64,000 nt of DNA, from assembly GCA_031553225.1 (NCBI GenBank), contig JAVBLU010000017.1, forward strand, positions 4,375 through 68,374, read 5' to 3'. Position numbers and translations under genes: made by a program. Shown here one piece after another: positions 60,231-64,000 of this stretch. The notes beneath the pieces were generated by a model. It saw only the letters and a program-made list of their open reading frames with translations, was not told the origin of the DNA and ran no database searches. Origin of the DNA: Eubacteriales bacterium. GTDB taxonomy: Bacteria; Bacillota; Clostridia; Christensenellales; UBA1750. Every line of letters starts with the position of its first letter. The stretch's first letter is position 1.

Positions 60231-62457
60231 ACGCTTTTGCGAGGTGATCGTCGACGTGGCGCATCAAAACGTCGACCGGCTGTTCACCTACCGCCTGCCG
60301 GAGGGCATGGACATTGGCAAGGGCCATCGCGTGCTTGTGCCCTTTGCGGGACGCACCGTGGAAGGGTACGTGCTCGGCCTGACGCAGCGATGCGATCTGC
60401 CGCCCGCCAAGGTGAAGGACGTGTTGCGGCCGCTGGACGAGGAACCCGCCCTTTTGCCGCACATGGTGGACCTAGCGCTTTGGCTTCGCCAGAACACCTA
60501 TTCGTTGCTGGTGGACGCGCTGCGCCTGCTCATTCCCGCGCCCATGCGCGCGGGGCGCGCCAGGGAAAAAACCCGCCGCACCGCCGAAGCGGCGGTGGAA
60601 GGGGAAGCTCTGGCGGAGGCGCTGAACGCACTGCGCCGCGCGCCCAAACAGATGGAGCTGCTCGCCCTGCTTGCCAAAGGCAGCCTGCCGACGGCCGAGC
60701 TTCCCCCGGGGAGCGAGGCCGTCCTGCGCGCTCTGTGCGCCAAGGGATACGCCGTAACCGGTCAGGAACAGGTGCGGCGCGAACCGCACCGCGGTATCGC
60801 TCCCGATCGCCAGCAGCCCTTTGCGCCAACGCCCGAACAGGACAAGGCGCTTGGCCAGTTGCGCTCGGCGCTTGGGCGCCGCGCCGGTGCGTACTTGCTG
60901 CACGGCGTAACGGGCAGCGGCAAGACGGAGGTATACCTGCAGATCATCGAGGAAGCGCTCGGCCGCGGCATGCAGGCCATCTTGCTGGTGCCGGAGATCG
61001 CATTGACGCCCCAGATGGTGAATTGGTTCCGCGCGCGATTTCCGGGGGACGCGGCCGTGCTGCACTCGCGCCTGTCTCCGGGCGAGCGCCTGGACGAGTG
61101 GCTCCGTATCCGCCGGGGCGAGGCCCGCTTGGCCGTGGGCGCGCGCTCGGCCGTGTTCGCACCATTTGAAAACCTCGGCGTGGTCGTGGTGGATGAGGAG
61201 CACGAGGGCACCTACAAGTCCGACCACGCGCCGCGTTACGACGCGCGCGAGGTGGCGTTGGAGCGCGGGCGGCGCGAGGGCGCGTTGGTGGTGCTCGGTT
61301 CCGCCACGCCGGACGTTTGTACCTATCGCCGTGCCCTTGCGGGCGAGCTTACGCTGCTGCAGATGAAGGAGCGCGCCAACCGCCGCCCCATGCCGGACGT
61401 GCAGGTGGTGGACATGCGCCAGGAGCTGGTGAAGGGGAATCGTACTGTGTTTTCCCAAACGCTTCTGGGCGAGATGAAGGCCGCCACGCAGGCCGGACGA
61501 CAGGTCATGCTGCTGCTCAACCGCCGGGGCTACGCGCCCTTCGTCACCTGCCGCGCCTGCGGAAAAACCGTGAAGTGCCGCCAGTGCGACGTGTCCATGA
61601 CCTATCACCAAACGGACGGGCTGCTGCACTGCCACTACTGCGAGGAGACCATGCCCGTGCCCAAAACCTGCCCGCAGCCCGCCTGCGGCTCGCCCTACAT
61701 CAAGTATTTCGGCGCGGGCACGCAGAAGGTGGAGGAGGAACTGCGCGAGCTGTTGCCCGGCGTGTGCGTGGAGCGCATGGATGTGGACACCACGCGCGGC
61801 AAGGACGGACACGAGAAGATCCTCACGCGCTTTCGGGAAGGCGCCACGCAGGTGCTCATCGGCACGCAGATGATCGCCAAAGGCCACGATTTTCCGCGCG
61901 TGACGCTGGTGGGCGTGCTGGCGGCGGACCTCTCCTTGCACGTGCCGGACTACCGCAGCGAGGAGCGCACCTTTCAGCTTATCACGCAGATGGCAGGGCG
62001 CGCGGGACGGGGCCTTGACCCCGGCCGCGTGATCGTGCAGACGTACGACCCCGGCCACTACGCCGTGCAGATGGGCGTGGCGGGCGACTACCGCGCCTTT
62101 TACGAGCGGGAGATGCGGCGACGCGAGGCCGCGCTGTACCCGCCGGTGTGTGTCATCCTGCGCTTCGTGTGCGTCAGCGACCTGGACGACGCCGCGCGCG
62201 ACGCCGCGGACGACCTGTGGGGCGACATGAGCGCTTTCTTCGACGCCGCGGCGCACCTGCGCAGGCACCTGGTGCAGATGAACGCCCGGCCTGCGCCCAT
62301 ACCGCTTTTGCGCGGCGAGGCGCGGCACATGCTCTTCCTGAAGCTGTACGACAGCCCGGCTATTGCGCCGGTGTACGCCGAGATGGCGCGGCTGTGCCAG
62401 CTGCCCCGCCCGCGCGTGAAGGTTCATTTTGAGGTAAACCCCGTTTCCCTGTTCTAG
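60223..62457 (+). CDS. priA: Primosomal protein N' helicase
   Basis: GVTGSGKTEVY, DEEH, SATP, four CxxC-type pairs, GTQMIAKG.DF, Q.AGRAGR. Confidence 0.97.
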   Translation: MPERFCEVIVDVAHQNVDRLFTYRLPEGMDIGKGHRVLVPFAGRTVEGYVLGLTQRCDLPPAKVKDVLRPLDEEPALLPHMVDLALWLRQNTYSLLVDALRLLIPAPMRAGRAREKTRRTAEAAVEGEALAEALNALRRAPKQMELLALLAKGSLPTAELPPGSEAVLRALCAKGYAVTGQEQVRREPHRGIAPDRQQPFAPTPEQDKALGQLRSALGRRAGAYLLHGVTGSGKTEVYLQIIEEALGRGMQAILLVPEIALTPQMVNWFRARFPGDAAVLHSRLSPGERLDEWLRIRRGEARLAVGARSAVFAPFENLGVVVVDEEHEGTYKSDHAPRYDAREVALERGRREGALVVLGSATPDVCTYRRALAGELTLLQMKERANRRPMPDVQVVDMRQELVKGNRTVFSQTLLGEMKAATQAGRQVMLLLNRRGYAPFVTCRACGKTVKCRQCDVSMTYHQTDGLLHCHYCEETMPVPKTCPQPACGSPYIKYFGAGTQKVEEELRELLPGVCVERMDVDTTRGKDGHEKILTRFREGATQVLIGTQMIAKGHDFPRVTLVGVLAADLSLHVPDYRSEERTFQLITQMAGRAGRGLDPGRVIVQTYDPGHYAVQMGVAGDYRAFYEREMRRREAALYPPVCVILRFVCVSDLDDAARDAADDLWGDMSAFFDAAAHLRRHLVQMNARPAPIPLLRGEARHMLFLKLYDSPAIAPVYAEMARLCQLPRPRVKVHFEVNPVSLF

Positions 62458-62512
62458 TCTGCGCCTCGGCGGCTGGCAGGAAGCTTGCAAACGATTCATT
62501 GGAGGATGTACG

Positions 62513-62983
62513 ATGGCTATACGACGGATACTAAAGAAAGGCGACGACACGCTGCGCAAGCGTTCGCATGAGATCACCGCGTTTGACAGGAAGCTGCATA
62601 AGCTGCTGGACGATATGTACGACACCATGGTGGCCGAGGAAGGCGCAGGCCTTGCCGCGCCTCAGGTGGGCATCCTGCGCCGCGTGATCGTCATCGACGT
62701 GGGCGAGGGCAGGCTGGAGCTCGTTAACCCGCAGATCATCGACGCCTCCGGCGCGGTTGAGGACACGGAGGGCTGCCTCTCCATCCCCCGCGAGCGCTAC
62801 AAGCTGGTTCGCCCGCAGAGCGTTACCGTGCGCGCCTTCGACAGGAACGGAACCGCATTTGAGAGGACGGGGGAAGGGCTGCTCGCGCGCGCGTTCTGCC
62901 ATGAGATCGACCACCTGAACGGCGTGCTCTTCACCGACCTGCTCGCCGATCCGCAGGCGCAGCGCCTGCCGGATGCGGAGTAG
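62513..62983 (+). CDS. def: Peptide deformylase
   Basis: GAGLAAPQVG, EGCLS, HEIDH. Confidence 0.96.
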   Translation: MAIRRILKKGDDTLRKRSHEITAFDRKLHKLLDDMYDTMVAEEGAGLAAPQVGILRRVIVIDVGEGRLELVNPQIIDASGAVEDTEGCLSIPRERYKLVRPQSVTVRAFDRNGTAFERTGEGLLARAFCHEIDHLNGVLFTDLLADPQAQRLPDAE

Positions 62984-62987
62984 GCCC

Positions 62988-63926
62988 GTGCTTCGCGTCG
63001 TCTTTATGGGTACGCCGGAGTTCGCCGTACCCTCGCTGTGCGCGCTGCATCTGGCAGGGCACCAGATTGCGGGCGTGTTTTGCCAGCCCGACCGGCCCAG
63101 CGGCCGCGGAAACCGTCTGGCTGCCTGCCCGGTGAAGGAGGAGGCGCTGCGCCTTCAGCTTCCGGTGTACCAGTTCGAGCGCATTCGCCGGCAGGAGGGG
63201 CTGGACGCTCTGCGCGCCCTGCGGCCGGACGTGTGCGTGACGGCGGCGTTCGGACAGATTCTCTCGCGCAAGAACCTGGACGTGTCGCCCATGGGCACGA
63301 TCAACGTGCACGCCTCGCTTCTGCCGCGCTACCGCGGAGCCGCGCCGGTGCAGTGGGCCGTGATGAACGGCGAGCGCGTCACAGGCGTGACGACCATGCA
63401 AACGGATGAGGGCGTGGACACGGGCGACATGCTGCTGCGAAGGGCCGTGGACATTGGCCCGAATGAGACGGCGGGCGAGCTGCTTGCGCGCTTGGCGGGC
63501 GTGGGCGCGCAGCTCGTTGTGGAGACGCTTGCGCTGCTCATGCGCGGAGGTCTGCGGCCGCAGAAGCAGGACGAGACGGAGGCGACGCACGTGCCTATGC
63601 TGCGGAAGGAACACGGGCTTTTGAATTTCCGGCGACCTGCGCAGGCGCTGCATAATCAGGTGCGCGGGGTGAACCCCTGGCCGGGTGCGTACGCCGGCAT
63701 AGGCGGCCAGACGATAAAGATCTGGCAGACGCGCGCGCTTGATGGGCGTATGGAGCCAGGAACGGTTATGGAATGCGGGAAGCGCCTGATCGTTGCTTGC
63801 GGTGAAGGCGCGCTGGAGATTTTGGAGATGCAGGCGGCCGGGAGCCGCCGTATGACGCCTGGAGAGTACCTGCTCGGCCACGCTTTGTCGGCCGGGCGGT
63901 TCGACGTATGGGAGGAAACCACATGA
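62988..63926 (+). CDS. fmt: Methionyl-tRNA formyltransferase
   Basis: VFMGTPEFA, QPDRP.GRG, INVHASLLPRYRGAAP, NPWPGA. Confidence 0.96.
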   Translation: MLRVVFMGTPEFAVPSLCALHLAGHQIAGVFCQPDRPSGRGNRLAACPVKEEALRLQLPVYQFERIRRQEGLDALRALRPDVCVTAAFGQILSRKNLDVSPMGTINVHASLLPRYRGAAPVQWAVMNGERVTGVTTMQTDEGVDTGDMLLRRAVDIGPNETAGELLARLAGVGAQLVVETLALLMRGGLRPQKQDETEATHVPMLRKEHGLLNFRRPAQALHNQVRGVNPWPGAYAGIGGQTIKIWQTRALDGRMEPGTVMECGKRLIVACGEGALEILEMQAAGSRRMTPGEYLLGHALSAGRFDVWEETT

Positions 63927-64000
63927 GCGACGACAGAAACTCCGGCGCGCGGGGGCCGGGTGGCGAGGAACCGCGGGACGGCCGCGCGCCGCGTGAACGC
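63923..64000 (+). CDS. 5' fragment of the next gene (low-complexity N-terminus; rsmB expected by synteny only)
   Basis: GGAGG plus ATGA overlap with the fmt stop; frame open to the window end (MSDDRNSGARGPGGEEPRDGRAPRER). Confidence 0.5.
   Translation, partial: MSDDRNSGARGPGGEEPRDGRAPRER

Overview
GC-rich Firmicute (Clostridia-like) chromosomal window made up mostly of core genes. These include long-form hflX, uvrC, phoH-pgpH-ybeY-cdd-era-recO, ppdK, dgt-dnaG-sigA-trmK-nif3-Zn-ribbon-rnpB, nfnAB, obgE-yhbY, rbfA-nrnA-truB-ribF and yicC-remA-rpoZ-coaBC-priA-def-fmt. Accessory blocks are a Psp/Yvl-like envelope-stress cluster with an ECF sigma/anti-sigma unit (5.0-8.6 kb), a sugar/polyol cluster containing a UroD-fold protein (8.7-15.8 kb), an ATPase-less MacAB-like pair, and a Gfo/Idh/MocA plus TIM-barrel pair. 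I saw no mobile element, CRISPR array, tRNA or rRNA. The most notable signals are at the window start. The HflX N-terminal extension carries a complete RadC-like JAB/MPN+ metal motif, and the hflX leader holds an unannotated basic uORF (with a nested 7-codon version) upstream of a possible attenuator helix and U-tract. All product calls come from motif recognition by eye, not database searches. Many start codons were re-chosen relative to the ORF track using Shine-Dalgarno context.
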